Assembly: GCA_050248855.1 (NCBI GenBank)
Contig: JBFWRP010000004.1
Span: 96,001-160,000 of the forward strand
DNA: 64,000 bases
Direction: 5' to 3'
From: Planctomycetota bacterium
Lineage (GTDB): Bacteria; Planctomycetota; PLA2; JAEUHO01
Shown here: piece by piece, positions 41,487-50,699 of the stretch
Layout of the letters: each line of letters opens with the position of its first letter
How positions within the stretch are numbered: the stretch's first letter is position 1
Position numbers and translations under genes: made by a program
Notes under the pieces: model-generated
Databases searched by the model: none
Seen by the model: only the letters and a program-made list of their open reading frames with translations
Told to the model about the DNA's origin: nothing

Positions 41487-42731
41487 CTGGGCACGGTTCG
41501 GCACGTCGTGGGCGCGGGGCTCGGCGGACTCCTCGTGGCGTGGCGTGCCCGGGCGGCCGGCGAGGACGTCGTGGTCCACGAGGCCGCCGAGCACGTGGGC
41601 GGCGAGACGCGGACCGCGGTGCGCGACGGGTGGCGCGTCGAGCACGGCGCTTGGTTCCTGCCCGGCGCCGCGCCCGCGCAGGGGCTCTCCCTGGCCGCCG
41701 CCGGGCGCCTGGGCCTGCGGCCCCTCCTTGGCCGCGTGGCGCAGGCTGGCCCACGCGGGCTGACGCCGCTCTGGACGCCCGCTCGGCGTCGGCGCGCCGC
41801 GCTCCGCGACGGGCTTGCCCCGCGCCCCCGCGCCGTGGCCTCGAGCGCCGCGAACGAGTCGCTCGAGAGCTTCGCCCGCCGCCGCTTCGGCCCCGCCACC
41901 ACGGAGGACGTGGTGCGGCCCGTGGCCCAGCTGCTCACGGGCTTCGGCCCCGAGCGCGTGGGCATCGCCGATGCCCTTCCGGCATGGCTCGCGCGCGAGG
42001 CACGGCACGGACGTGTGGGTGTGCAGACGTTCGCGGCACTCGACGGGCGGGCGCCCCTGGGCTGGACCTCGGCAGGTGGCCTGGCGGCGCTCGTGGAGCG
42101 ACTGCGAGCTGACCTCGGTGCATGCGTGCAGACGGCGTGTCGCGTCGTGGAGGTGGTGCCGGGCGGCGATCCCTCGTCCGCACGCGTGGTCGACGAAGCG
42201 GGAGCGACGAGTGCCCCGGGCACGGTCACGCTGGCGGTGCCGCACGACGAGCAGGTGCGCCTGCTGCGCCGCGCCGCGCCCGCGCTGGCCGACCAGCTGG
42301 CCGGGGAGCGGGGGGTGGACGGCGTGCGCGTGGTGATCGCGTGGACGCATGGGGAAGACGGGCCCGCAACACCTCCCTACGTGGCGGCGGTGCGCGGTCG
42401 CAGCCGCCTGCGCGTGCGCGGCGTGCTGTTTCCCGCCGCGTTGGACGTCTCCGCCGTGCCCGACACCGGCGCTTGCGCGGTGGCCTGGCTCGGCGGGGCG
42501 CACGACCCGCACGCGGCGGGCGAGCCCGAGGGGAAGCTGGTCCGTCGCGTGCTGGCCGACCTGGCGCTGGTCCTGGGCCGGCGCGTGCGTCCGCACTTCG
42601 TCGAAGTGCAGCGCCGGGCCGGCGACGTGCGTGCCCCCTGGCCCGGACGCCGCGCGCGGCTGCTCGAGCCCTTGCGCGCTCTCGCGGGCGCCGGCGTGGA
42701 GCTGGTCGAGCGACCTGCGTGGCGCGTGTAG
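41487..42731 (+). CDS. Protoporphyrinogen/coproporphyrinogen oxidase (HemY/HemG)-like flavoprotein, divergent; probable CTG start
   Basis: HVVGAGLGGL, EAAEHVGGETRT..DGWRVEHGA, ESLESFARRRFG, GGLAALVERL, LGGAHDP. In-frame TAG at 41478 and GGAGG SD 9 nt before CTG 41487. Confidence 0.7.
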   Translation: MGTVRHVVGAGLGGLLVAWRARAAGEDVVVHEAAEHVGGETRTAVRDGWRVEHGAWFLPGAAPAQGLSLAAAGRLGLRPLLGRVAQAGPRGLTPLWTPARRRRAALRDGLAPRPRAVASSAANESLESFARRRFGPATTEDVVRPVAQLLTGFGPERVGIADALPAWLAREARHGRVGVQTFAALDGRAPLGWTSAGGLAALVERLRADLGACVQTACRVVEVVPGGDPSSARVVDEAGATSAPGTVTLAVPHDEQVRLLRRAAPALADQLAGERGVDGVRVVIAWTHGEDGPATPPYVAAVRGRSRLRVRGVLFPAALDVSAVPDTGACAVAWLGGAHDPHAAGEPEGKLVRRVLADLALVLGRRVRPHFVEVQRRAGDVRAPWPGRRARLLEPLRALAGAGVELVERPAWRV

Positions 42732-42741
42732 CGCGCGGCCG

Positions 42742-43578
42742 CTACGCGCGCAGGGCCTCGGCGGCGCGGGCGCCCAACGCCGCCGCCGCCGTCAACGCAC
42801 CCTCCACCCGCACGCGCCGAGGGGGCGCCCCGTCGCCAGGGTCGTACCCCACGTCGAGACGCAGCACGCCATGGGCGAGCGTGGCGCGAGCCCCGACGGC
42901 AGCTGCCGGCGTCAGCCCCAGGCGCTCCAGCACGGCACGCTCGGCCGTGACGGAGGCCGCCGTCTCGACGTCGCCGCACGACTCGACGGCCTCGGCGGCC
43001 CGGGCGTCGTCGACCCGCACGAGCAGCGCCTGGGCGCCCTGGCCCGCGCGCGGCAGGAACGCCTCGCCCGCCGGTACGGCCCGCACGGAGAGGGCCAGCC
43101 CTTCGGCCGCGTCGGCGGCCAGGAGCGCGACGTCGGCCTCGCCCTCCACGACCGCGGCGAGAGCCGCCGCGGCATCCCGATGCGTCGTGACGGCCGTCGG
43201 CGGCTGGGGCAGCGCGCGTAGCCCCGAGACGCGCCACGCGTGGTCGGTGGCGACATGCGCAGCCGCCGGGATGTCGCGATCGGACGCCTGGCTGCGCACG
43301 AACCATGCGTCCGCCGGCGGCGCACGTCGCGGCACGCAGGCCACGTGCACGCGTGCAGGAGGCGGCGCGGGCACGTCGACGAGCGGCATTACCACGACGT
43401 CCACGCGGTCCTCGGCGAGGGCCTCGATCAAGCACGTGCGACGAGCGTCGGGGCAGTGCGCGTCGGCGGGCTCGACCCAGGCGAGGCACCACGCGCCCGC
43501 CAAGCGCTCGACGACCCGCTCGGCGGCCGCCCGCGCCGCCGGCGTGGTGCAGGCCCCGAGGCGCCACACGGCGTTCAC
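42742..43578 (-). CDS. Hydroxymethylbilane synthase (HemC)-like protein, catalytic motifs degenerate
   Basis: Retains ALAEDRVDVVV..LVDVP, FLPRAGQGA and AERAVLERL, but the GGC cofactor Cys and the conserved Arg motifs are absent. Confidence 0.75.
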   Translation of the reverse strand: MNAVWRLGACTTPAARAAAERVVERLAGAWCLAWVEPADAHCPDARRTCLIEALAEDRVDVVVMPLVDVPAPPPARVHVACVPRRAPPADAWFVRSQASDRDIPAAAHVATDHAWRVSGLRALPQPPTAVTTHRDAAAALAAVVEGEADVALLAADAAEGLALSVRAVPAGEAFLPRAGQGAQALLVRVDDARAAEAVESCGDVETAASVTAERAVLERLGLTPAAAVGARATLAHGVLRLDVGYDPGDGAPPRRVRVEGALTAAAALGARAAEALRA

Positions 43579-44867
43579 GACGCCTGCTCGCCCGTTGGCG
43601 GTCGCACGACGTCGACGCGGCTCTCCACGTGGCCGCCGTCGCCGAAGCGCGTGACGAGCCGTGCGCCGGGGACGATGCCCTCGGTGGTCCGCACGAGACG
43701 CCCGCTCTCGTCCGTGACGAGCGACCAGCCGCGGGCCATGACGGCCAAGGGCGAGAGGGCCCGGAGCCGTCCCCCGAGCACGTCCAAGCGACCGCGACGC
43801 GTCGCGACCGCGCGAGGCGCCGCCGCGCCGAGCCGCCTCGACAGGTCTTCGCTTTGCTGACGCCAGCGCGCCAGGCGGTGCGCCGGTGCGGCCGCACGCA
43901 GGCGCACGGCGTCTTGGCCCAGGCGGGCACGCCAACGGGCCAGGAGCGCCCGTGGGCTCTTGAGCACGGGACGCTCGCCCAAGGCCTCGACACGCTGCCA
44001 CGCCGCATCGACGCGTGCGCGCAGGCGCCGGCCGAGTCGCTGGCCCTCGCGGTCGAGCGCGCGCAGCAGGTCCTCGCGCATCGGTGCGACCAGCTCGCCG
44101 GCATGCGACGGCGTCGCTGCCCGCACGTCGGCCACGAGGTCGGCGATCGTGACGTCGGTCTCGTGCCCGACGGCGCTCACGACCGGCACGTTGCATGCGG
44201 CGATCGCGCGCGCCACGACTTCCTCGTTGAAGCACCACAGGTCCTCGAGCGAACCTCCACCGCGCGCAAGCACGATCACGTCCGCGTTGGCCAGGGTGTC
44301 GGCCATGTGCAGGGCCAGCGCGATCTCCTGCGCGGCACCGCCGCCTTGCACGCGCGTCGGCACGAGCACGAGGCGAAGTCCCGGGTGCCGCTGGTGCAGC
44401 ACGCGAACGAGGTCGCGCACGGCGGCTCCCGTACGACTGGTGACCAGGGCGACCGTGCGGGGCAGCACGGGCAAGGGCTTCTTGCGCTCGGGGGCGAAGA
44501 GGCCTTCGGCCTCCAAGCGCGCACGCAGCATCTCGAAGGCGCGTTGCAGGGCGCCCGCGCCCACGGCTTCCAGCTGGCGGACGATCAGCTGGTAGCGCCC
44601 GTGCGGCGGGTACACGTCGATGCCGCCACGGGCCAGCACCTCCAAGCCGTCCTCGGGGGCCACGCGCAGCCGGGCCGCGGCCGAGCGCCAGATGACGGCG
44701 GGCAAGACGGCACCGGCGTCCTTGAGCGTGAGGTAGACGTGCCCGCTGGCCACGCGACGTGCTTGCGAGACCTCGCCGCGCACGACCACGTCGTCGAACG
44801 TGGCCCCGAGCACGCCGCGCAGCTCGTTCGTGAGCGTGCTGACGGTGAAGGGCTCGTCAGGCGTCAC
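43575..44867 (-). CDS. xseA: Exodeoxyribonuclease VII large subunit
   Basis: GEVS...SGHVYLTLKD, GRYQL, EAEGLF, TSRTGAAVRD, RGGGSLEDLWCFNEE, SAVGHETD, ADVRAATPS. Confidence 0.96.
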   Translation of the reverse strand: MTPDEPFTVSTLTNELRGVLGATFDDVVVRGEVSQARRVASGHVYLTLKDAGAVLPAVIWRSAAARLRVAPEDGLEVLARGGIDVYPPHGRYQLIVRQLEAVGAGALQRAFEMLRARLEAEGLFAPERKKPLPVLPRTVALVTSRTGAAVRDLVRVLHQRHPGLRLVLVPTRVQGGGAAQEIALALHMADTLANADVIVLARGGGSLEDLWCFNEEVVARAIAACNVPVVSAVGHETDVTIADLVADVRAATPSHAGELVAPMREDLLRALDREGQRLGRRLRARVDAAWQRVEALGERPVLKSPRALLARWRARLGQDAVRLRAAAPAHRLARWRQQSEDLSRRLGAAAPRAVATRRGRLDVLGGRLRALSPLAVMARGWSLVTDESGRLVRTTEGIVPGARLVTRFGDGGHVESRVDVVRPPTGEQAS

Positions 44868-45676
44868 GCTCCTCCTTCGTTCTCCGCGTCGTCGGGGACC
44901 GCAAGCCACAGCCCCTCGATCCTGGTCGTGGCCCCGCGCGCGGGGTCGATCTCGGCCCACACGGCGCCCAGGCGGACGTCGCCCGAGGCCACCTCGAAGG
45001 GATGGTGCACGCCAGTCCTCATCTTGGCGAGCACGGCGGTTGCGCTGCGCCCGATCACGCCCTCGTAGGGGCCCGTCATGCCGCAGTCGGTGATGTAGCC
45101 AAGGCCCTGCGGTCGGATCGTGGCGTCGGCCGTGGGCACGTGCGTGTGGGTCCCGAAGAGGAGCGCCACACGGCCGTCCAGGTGCCATGAGAGGGCGATC
45201 TTCTCGCTCGTGGCCTCGGCGTGGATGTCCACCACGACGACGTCGGCCTCCGCCCGACAGGCCTCGACCTCGCGGTCGGCGGCCTCGAGCAGGTCGTCGG
45301 CGGGGCCCATGAAGACGCGTCCCTGCAGGTGCACGACGCCGACGCGTACGCCGGATGCCAGGGTGACCACCGCGCGCCCGCGACCCGGGGCGGCGCCCGG
45401 CCAGTTCGCCGGGCGGAGCAGCGTCGGATCCTCGTCGAAGAGCGCCAGACCCTCGCGACGCTTGAAGGCGTGGTCGCCCATCGTGACCACGTCCACGCCC
45501 GGGGCGCGGACCTCGCGAAGCACCCTGGGCGTGATCCCGCTGCCGGACGCGGCGTTCTCGGCGTTCACGACGACGAAGTCGATCGCGCGCTCGGCCCGCA
45601 GCCGAGGCAGGTGCCACGCCAGGGCCCTGCGGCCCGGTCGACCCACGACATCGCCTACGGCAAGGACGCCGATCAT
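44864..45676 (-). CDS. ymdB: YmdB/TIGR00282-family metallophosphoesterase
   Basis: GDVVGRPGR, NAENAASG, TMGDH, RPANW, DIHAEATSEK, GTHTHVPTAD, TDCGMTGP. Confidence 0.93.
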   Translation of the reverse strand: MIGVLAVGDVVGRPGRRALAWHLPRLRAERAIDFVVVNAENAASGSGITPRVLREVRAPGVDVVTMGDHAFKRREGLALFDEDPTLLRPANWPGAAPGRGRAVVTLASGVRVGVVHLQGRVFMGPADDLLEAADREVEACRAEADVVVVDIHAEATSEKIALSWHLDGRVALLFGTHTHVPTADATIRPQGLGYITDCGMTGPYEGVIGRSATAVLAKMRTGVHHPFEVASGDVRLGAVWAEIDPARGATTRIEGLWLAVPDDAENEGGA

Positions 45677-47352
45677 CGAACGGCGACGAAGCTCCAGCCG
45701 CTCGCGGCCCAGGCATCGACGAGGTCCGGGGCCCGCGCCACGACGATCCGCAAGCCCTGCGGAGGCAAGTCCTGCGTGCCGGTGCGCGCGCCGTGGCGGA
45801 TCCCGTCGCGCAGCACCAGGCCCACTTCGCCCGACGCCCGGTCCACGACCACGCGGGCATCGCGCGCGCGGAAGATGTCGTCGGCGTTGCCCTGGGTGTC
45901 GTAGCGCACGAGCGTCAGGCCGGACACGGCTCCGCCGTCGACACGGTCGACGCCCGTCACCTGGAACCAGCCGCGCCCGGGACCGCGAGCGCGCTGCAGC
46001 AAACCGTTGATGCCGTTGCGCGCCCCCTGCGTCACGAGGATCGAGGACGGGGGCGCGTCGCGGGGAGCAGCCACTTCCGGCACGACGGGCGCGGAGCCGG
46101 CTGGCGGCACGGCGCGGGGCCCGTCCAGGGAAACGTCCTCGTCACCGCCGTCACGACGACGAACGATGGGCGGCGGCATGTCCGAGGTCGGCGGCGGCGC
46201 CGGGGGGGGGGCCGGGCGGACTTCGGGGGCGGAGGGGGTGCCCGGCGGCACGAGCAGCGGGGCGTCCTCCTTGGGTTCGCTCGGCAGGGGCCCCAGGTCA
46301 CGCACGGCCCAGGGGTCGTCGCCCGTCAAGACCGGCTGTTCGGGCGGCGGCACCTCGGTCGCGCCCTCGTCGGCTCCAGGCGCCGTCCCGTCCGCGGTGT
46401 CGGGCTGGGGCGGGCCGGGATCGGCGACGATGACGTTCGGGACGCCAGCCGGCCGCGAGCCGTCGTCGTCATCGTCGCCGCTGGATATGCCCAGCGCTCG
46501 ATCCCCCAGCCGCGTGCGCAAGTCGAGCGTGGTGTTGCGCAGCTCGGAGATCTCCTTCTCGAGGCGCTGCACGACCGTGTCGTGCGCCATGCGCTCGCGC
46601 TCCAGGCGCTCGACCTCACGGGCCAGGAGCTCGCGGGCGACGGCCGCCTCCTGCCCGCGCGCGACGCGCTGTGCCAGGTCTTCGTTCTCGCCCTCGAGCA
46701 CGCGACGGGCGCGCTGCGCGAGCGCGAGCTCGTCGAGCTTCTCGTCCAGGAGGGCGCCCGCTTCCTGCGACCGCTTGCGCGCGACGTCGGCTTCCGCTTC
46801 GAGACGCTCGATGTCGCGCTCGCGGGCCGCACGGCCTTCGGCGTGGCCCGCCTCGAAGCTGCTGCGAACCTCGCGGGCGATCTCGGTGGTGTTGATGCGA
46901 CCCACCTCGCCGTTGCGGCGGATGGCTTCCGTGAGGGCGACGATGCCGCCGACCAACACCAGCAGCAGGCCAAGCACGGCCAGCGGCACCAAGCGCGAGC
47001 GCTTGGCGGCCGGCGCCGCCTCGAGGCGCTCGAGCAAGGAGCGCTGGATCGTGGCCAGGCCGCGGAACGTCTCGTTGAGGGCCTGCGTGGACTGCAAGAC
47101 GAGCTCGCTGCGGTCGCTGCGCTGGACGGCGCGGGCCAGCTCGCCCTGCAACGCCTCGAGGCGATGCAGCGCCTCCGCGTTGAGGCGGAACGCCTGCACG
47201 AGGTCGCCCGGCGCGCCGCGGGAGAGCCGGGGCTCGTCCCGCTCCCCCAAGCTGCCGCCGCTCGCCTGCACGACCCACTGCATGCCGCCGGACTTCTGCG
47301 GACGCTCGTCGTCCTCGGGAGGCAGCGGCGTGGGGTCCGACGTCGCGCTCAT
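45673..47352 (-). CDS. Hypothetical membrane-anchored coiled-coil protein with Pro-rich linker
   Basis: Single TM (LVPLAVLGLLLVLVGGIVAL), long coiled coil, Pro/acidic linker and a beta-rich C-terminal domain. ATGA overlaps at both ends. Confidence 0.75.
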   Translation of the reverse strand: MSATSDPTPLPPEDDERPQKSGGMQWVVQASGGSLGERDEPRLSRGAPGDLVQAFRLNAEALHRLEALQGELARAVQRSDRSELVLQSTQALNETFRGLATIQRSLLERLEAAPAAKRSRLVPLAVLGLLLVLVGGIVALTEAIRRNGEVGRINTTEIAREVRSSFEAGHAEGRAARERDIERLEAEADVARKRSQEAGALLDEKLDELALAQRARRVLEGENEDLAQRVARGQEAAVARELLAREVERLERERMAHDTVVQRLEKEISELRNTTLDLRTRLGDRALGISSGDDDDDGSRPAGVPNVIVADPGPPQPDTADGTAPGADEGATEVPPPEQPVLTGDDPWAVRDLGPLPSEPKEDAPLLVPPGTPSAPEVRPAPPPAPPPTSDMPPPIVRRRDGGDEDVSLDGPRAVPPAGSAPVVPEVAAPRDAPPSSILVTQGARNGINGLLQRARGPGRGWFQVTGVDRVDGGAVSGLTLVRYDTQGNADDIFRARDARVVVDRASGEVGLVLRDGIRHGARTGTQDLPPQGLRIVVARAPDLVDAWAASGWSFVAVR

Positions 47353-48026
47353 CGCAACAGCTCCTCCACGTCGGACGCCTCCCGACTGACGACCAACCGC
47401 CGGAGCTCGTCCTGCGTCCTCTGACGCGGCGACCAGGGCGCTCCGTCCGCCGCGCTGACACCCTCGGCCCGGGTCAGGTCGACGGCTTGGTCGAAGGGTA
47501 CGAGGAGCGAGACGGTTCCCCCCGCGGGGACCTCGACGCGGTCCTGGAGCGGGCCGAGGACGCGCAGCACGAAGGCGAAGCCCTCAGGCGGCGACCAGCT
47601 GCCCTCCGCCACACGGCGGGACAAGTCCAAGGTGGACGAGGTCCGGCCCCCGGGCAGGCGGACGCGCACGGTTCCGTCCCCCACGTCCAGGGTCCGCGGG
47701 GTGCTTCCGGCGTTGGCCACGACCAATCGGGCAAAGCCCAGCTGCGGGCCGTCACCCCAGTCCAGGTGCTCGTTCCACTGTTCGGCGTGCAGCTCGTCCG
47801 GGCCCGGGTCGCCCATGACCGGCGCCAGCACCCCGCGCAGCTCGTCCGCGAGGTCGCCGACCCACACGCTGACACCGGCAGGCGGCAGGCGCCGCTCGTG
47901 ACCGGGACCGACGTCGTCGTCGCTGGACCTGAGGGGGCCCAAAAACCAGACGACGCCCGCCATGGCGACGGCAAAGAGCGCCGTCATGACCACGGCAGGC
48001 GTCCAGTCGGGTCGGGTCGGCTGCAC
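47349..48026 (-). CDS. Hypothetical protein with N-terminal TM
   Basis: Hydrophobic N-terminus. Stop overlaps the next start. Confidence 0.65.
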   Translation of the reverse strand: MQPTRPDWTPAVVMTALFAVAMAGVVWFLGPLRSSDDDVGPGHERRLPPAGVSVWVGDLADELRGVLAPVMGDPGPDELHAEQWNEHLDWGDGPQLGFARLVVANAGSTPRTLDVGDGTVRVRLPGGRTSSTLDLSRRVAEGSWSPPEGFAFVLRVLGPLQDRVEVPAGGTVSLLVPFDQAVDLTRAEGVSAADGAPWSPRQRTQDELRRLVVSREASDVEELLR

Positions 48027-48065
48027 CTGGCCTCGGGAGGGTGGGCCCTCTAGGCGCCGATGCGC

Positions 48066-49109
48066 CTACTCGTCCGGGTCCACCCAAGGCGCCTTGCGCT
48101 TGTTCTTGTGATCGCGGAACCACTCATCGAACTGCGCCATCGTGGACAGCGCCTCGTTGGTATCGGGGTTGACCGGGTTGCCGGCGTAGTACGCGACGAC
48201 GGGCACCGTGAAGGTGCGGATGTCGTCCCAGAACCGCTTCTTGGCCTGGTCCTTGGGGTCGGTGCTGCTGTTGTTCGCCGCGCTCTCGACGCCCACGTAC
48301 GTGCGAACGAACTGCTCGACGAGGTCGTAGCGCAGGCTGCCCGGCACGTCGGAGAACTTGATCAGGGCCTTGTGCGCCGCGACGAGCCACATCACCTCGT
48401 TGTTCTTGGCGTGGCTGTAGTTCTCGAGCATCCACGCGACGCTGTTGAACGTGTTGAGGTCGCCGAGCGCGCCGAACGCCGCCTGGAGCACGTCGCTGGA
48501 GAGGTCGTACTTGGCCTTGTGGAGGCCCTCGATCTCCTTCATCAGCTTCTTGGCGAGGTCCTCGCGCGCGTCGACGTTCTCCTTGACGACCGGATCCTCC
48601 TTGACCTTTGCAGGGCTTCCGGGGAACGCCGCGCCCATCGCGCCGATCACCTGCGCAGCCTTCATGTTGACCTCGTTGCGCTCGTTGGTCTCGCGAGACA
48701 GCTTGGTCAACCCGAGGGCCTTGAAGATCGCCTTCTCGGCCTTCTTCCGGTAGTCGGCGAAGTCCTTCTCGAACTTCTTCAGGTCCTGTTCGTACTTGTC
48801 CTTCTCCTCTTGGGGAGCGTCGTCGGCGGGCTTCTCGGGGGCCTTGATGGCGCGGAAGTGACCACCGACGAGGTCGAGGTACTGGATGATCTCGTCGTTG
48901 ATGGACTTCCTGTTCTTCAGCGCGTCCTCGAGCTTCTCGAGGTCCGCCAGGGCCTCCGGCATCTCGGCGGCCGGCGCCTCCGGAGCTGCCTCCGGGCCTT
49001 CCGCCAGGGCCGAACGACCAGGGACCCCAACGAGCAGGCCGCTCGCGGCGCAGAAGAGGAGCGCGGCGCCGAGGCGCCACGGGCGGGACGGGAGGGAGCA
49101 TTCGGTCAT
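48066..49109 (-). CDS. Hypothetical exported alpha-helical protein (Lys-rich)
   Basis: Signal peptide ending ALA-E, strong codon bias, GGAGA SD and upstream TAGGAT. Confidence 0.8.
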   Translation of the reverse strand: MTECSLPSRPWRLGAALLFCAASGLLVGVPGRSALAEGPEAAPEAPAAEMPEALADLEKLEDALKNRKSINDEIIQYLDLVGGHFRAIKAPEKPADDAPQEEKDKYEQDLKKFEKDFADYRKKAEKAIFKALGLTKLSRETNERNEVNMKAAQVIGAMGAAFPGSPAKVKEDPVVKENVDAREDLAKKLMKEIEGLHKAKYDLSSDVLQAAFGALGDLNTFNSVAWMLENYSHAKNNEVMWLVAAHKALIKFSDVPGSLRYDLVEQFVRTYVGVESAANNSSTDPKDQAKKRFWDDIRTFTVPVVAYYAGNPVNPDTNEALSTMAQFDEWFRDHKNKRKAPWVDPDE

Positions 49110-49289
49110 GGTTCGGTCTCCGGAACGGACCAGGGGCGGCTCCATCCTACGGCAAGCACGGCCTACCCGTGGCGGGTCGAGGACGCCGAGCGTCCTGGTC
49201 AGGGGACGCGGAGCGCTCGGGAGCGTGTTCCGCGACCTCGTACCGAGGTCTGTGCAAAGGCCCTGCCACTGGGCCCCTACAATCCGCGC

Positions 49290-50699
49290 GTGACCGGGCG
49301 CCCCCCTGCAGCCGCAGCCACCGCGCGCCGCGCCGCCCGCGTCGTGGCCCTCGCGCCGCTGGCAGCGCCCGGCGGCCCGGTCCAGCTCATGGCGGCCTGG
49401 GCCGGACGCCGGCACCTGGCCGCTCGCGTCGTGGGCGGGCGGGGGCACCGCGGGACGCCGTGGTCCTACGTGGCGTGCGACCCCGTCGACGTGCTGGACG
49501 TCCAGCGCTGGCCGCGGGGTCGACGGCTCGCGGACGTGCTCGCGCCGCTGGCCGCCCCCGCCGAGCCTCCGCGCGGCGCAGGGCTCCCGCCGTTCGCGGG
49601 GGGCTGGCTCGGCATGCTCGGGTACGAGGCGCGAAGCGGCGTGGAAGTCACGCCCGCGGCACGCCGCCCGCCGCTGGGGTTCCCCGTGGTGTGGTTCGGC
49701 CGCTACGAGCGCCTCGTGGCCTTCGACCACGCCAAGGGCCGTGCCTGGGCGGTCGCCGCGGGGCGCGACACGCGCCACGCAGAGCGGGCGGCACGCGCGC
49801 TGGCCAGCGAGGCCCGCGGTGCGCTCGCCGCCGTCCCCACGGACTCCGACGTGGCCACGAGCGGCGCCCCGCAGCCGGCGTGGCCGCGCGCGCGCTTCTT
49901 GGCGGCGGTCCGCGCGGCCCGCGCGGCGATCTTGCGGGGCGACATCTTCCAGACCAACGTGAGCCAGCGCATCGACGCTCGCGTGGCGGGGCCGTCGGTC
50001 GCATGGTTTGCCCGCCTGGCCGCGGCCCAGCCCGCGCCCTACATGACCTTCCTGGACCTCGGCAGCGAGCGCGCCGCGCTCTCGGCGAGCCCCGAGCGCT
50101 TCCTCCGCCTGCGTGGCCGCACGGTGGAGACCGAGCCGATGAAGGGCACGCGTCCGCGCGGAGCAACGCGCGAGGCCGACGCGGCGCTGCGCGAGGAGCT
50201 CCTCGGCAGCGTCAAGGACCGCGCCGAGCTGGCCATGATCGTCGACCTGGCCCGCAACGACCTGGCGCGCTCGTGCCGCGCGGGAAGCGTGCGCGTGGTC
50301 ACGCCGCGCCGGCTCGTGCGCTTCGCCCGCGTCCATCAGGCCATCGGCATCGTGCGCGGCACGCTTCGCCCGGGCGTCGACCGCCTCGAAGCGCTCGCTG
50401 CCGCCTTCCCACCCGGCAGCGTGACGGGCGCCCCCAAGGTGCGGGCCATGGAGATCCTCGACGAGATCGAAGGCGAAGCGCGCGGACCCTACTGCGGCGC
50501 GCTCGGATGGCTGGACGACCGGGGCGACATGGACCTCGCCGTGGCCATCCGGACGATCGTGAGGCACGGCAACCGCGTCGCCTATCGGGTGGGCGGAGGC
50601 ATCACGCTGGGCAGCGATCCCGTGGCCGAGTGGGAGGAGACGATCACGAAGGGCCGCGGCCTGTTCGCCGCGCTCGCGGGCCGCGAGGACCCGACGTGA
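49290..50699 (+). CDS. pabB: Chorismate-binding enzyme (aminodeoxychorismate synthase component I / anthranilate synthase I family)
   Basis: PFAGGWLGMLGYE, GDIFQTN, PAPY, SASPERFL, PMKGTRPRG, KDRAELAMIVDLARND, PPGSVTGAPKVRAM, RGPYCG, GGGIT. Confidence 0.85.
   Translation: MTGRPPAAAATARRAARVVALAPLAAPGGPVQLMAAWAGRRHLAARVVGGRGHRGTPWSYVACDPVDVLDVQRWPRGRRLADVLAPLAAPAEPPRGAGLPPFAGGWLGMLGYEARSGVEVTPAARRPPLGFPVVWFGRYERLVAFDHAKGRAWAVAAGRDTRHAERAARALASEARGALAAVPTDSDVATSGAPQPAWPRARFLAAVRAARAAILRGDIFQTNVSQRIDARVAGPSVAWFARLAAAQPAPYMTFLDLGSERAALSASPERFLRLRGRTVETEPMKGTRPRGATREADAALREELLGSVKDRAELAMIVDLARNDLARSCRAGSVRVVTPRRLVRFARVHQAIGIVRGTLRPGVDRLEALAAAFPPGSVTGAPKVRAMEILDEIEGEARGPYCGALGWLDDRGDMDLAVAIRTIVRHGNRVAYRVGGGITLGSDPVAEWEETITKGRGLFAALAGREDPT

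Noticed and set aside
46202..46211. G10 homopolymer as a phase-variation tract
   Set aside because: It encodes a Pro-rich linker on the minus strand, the frame is intact, and there is no evidence of length variation.
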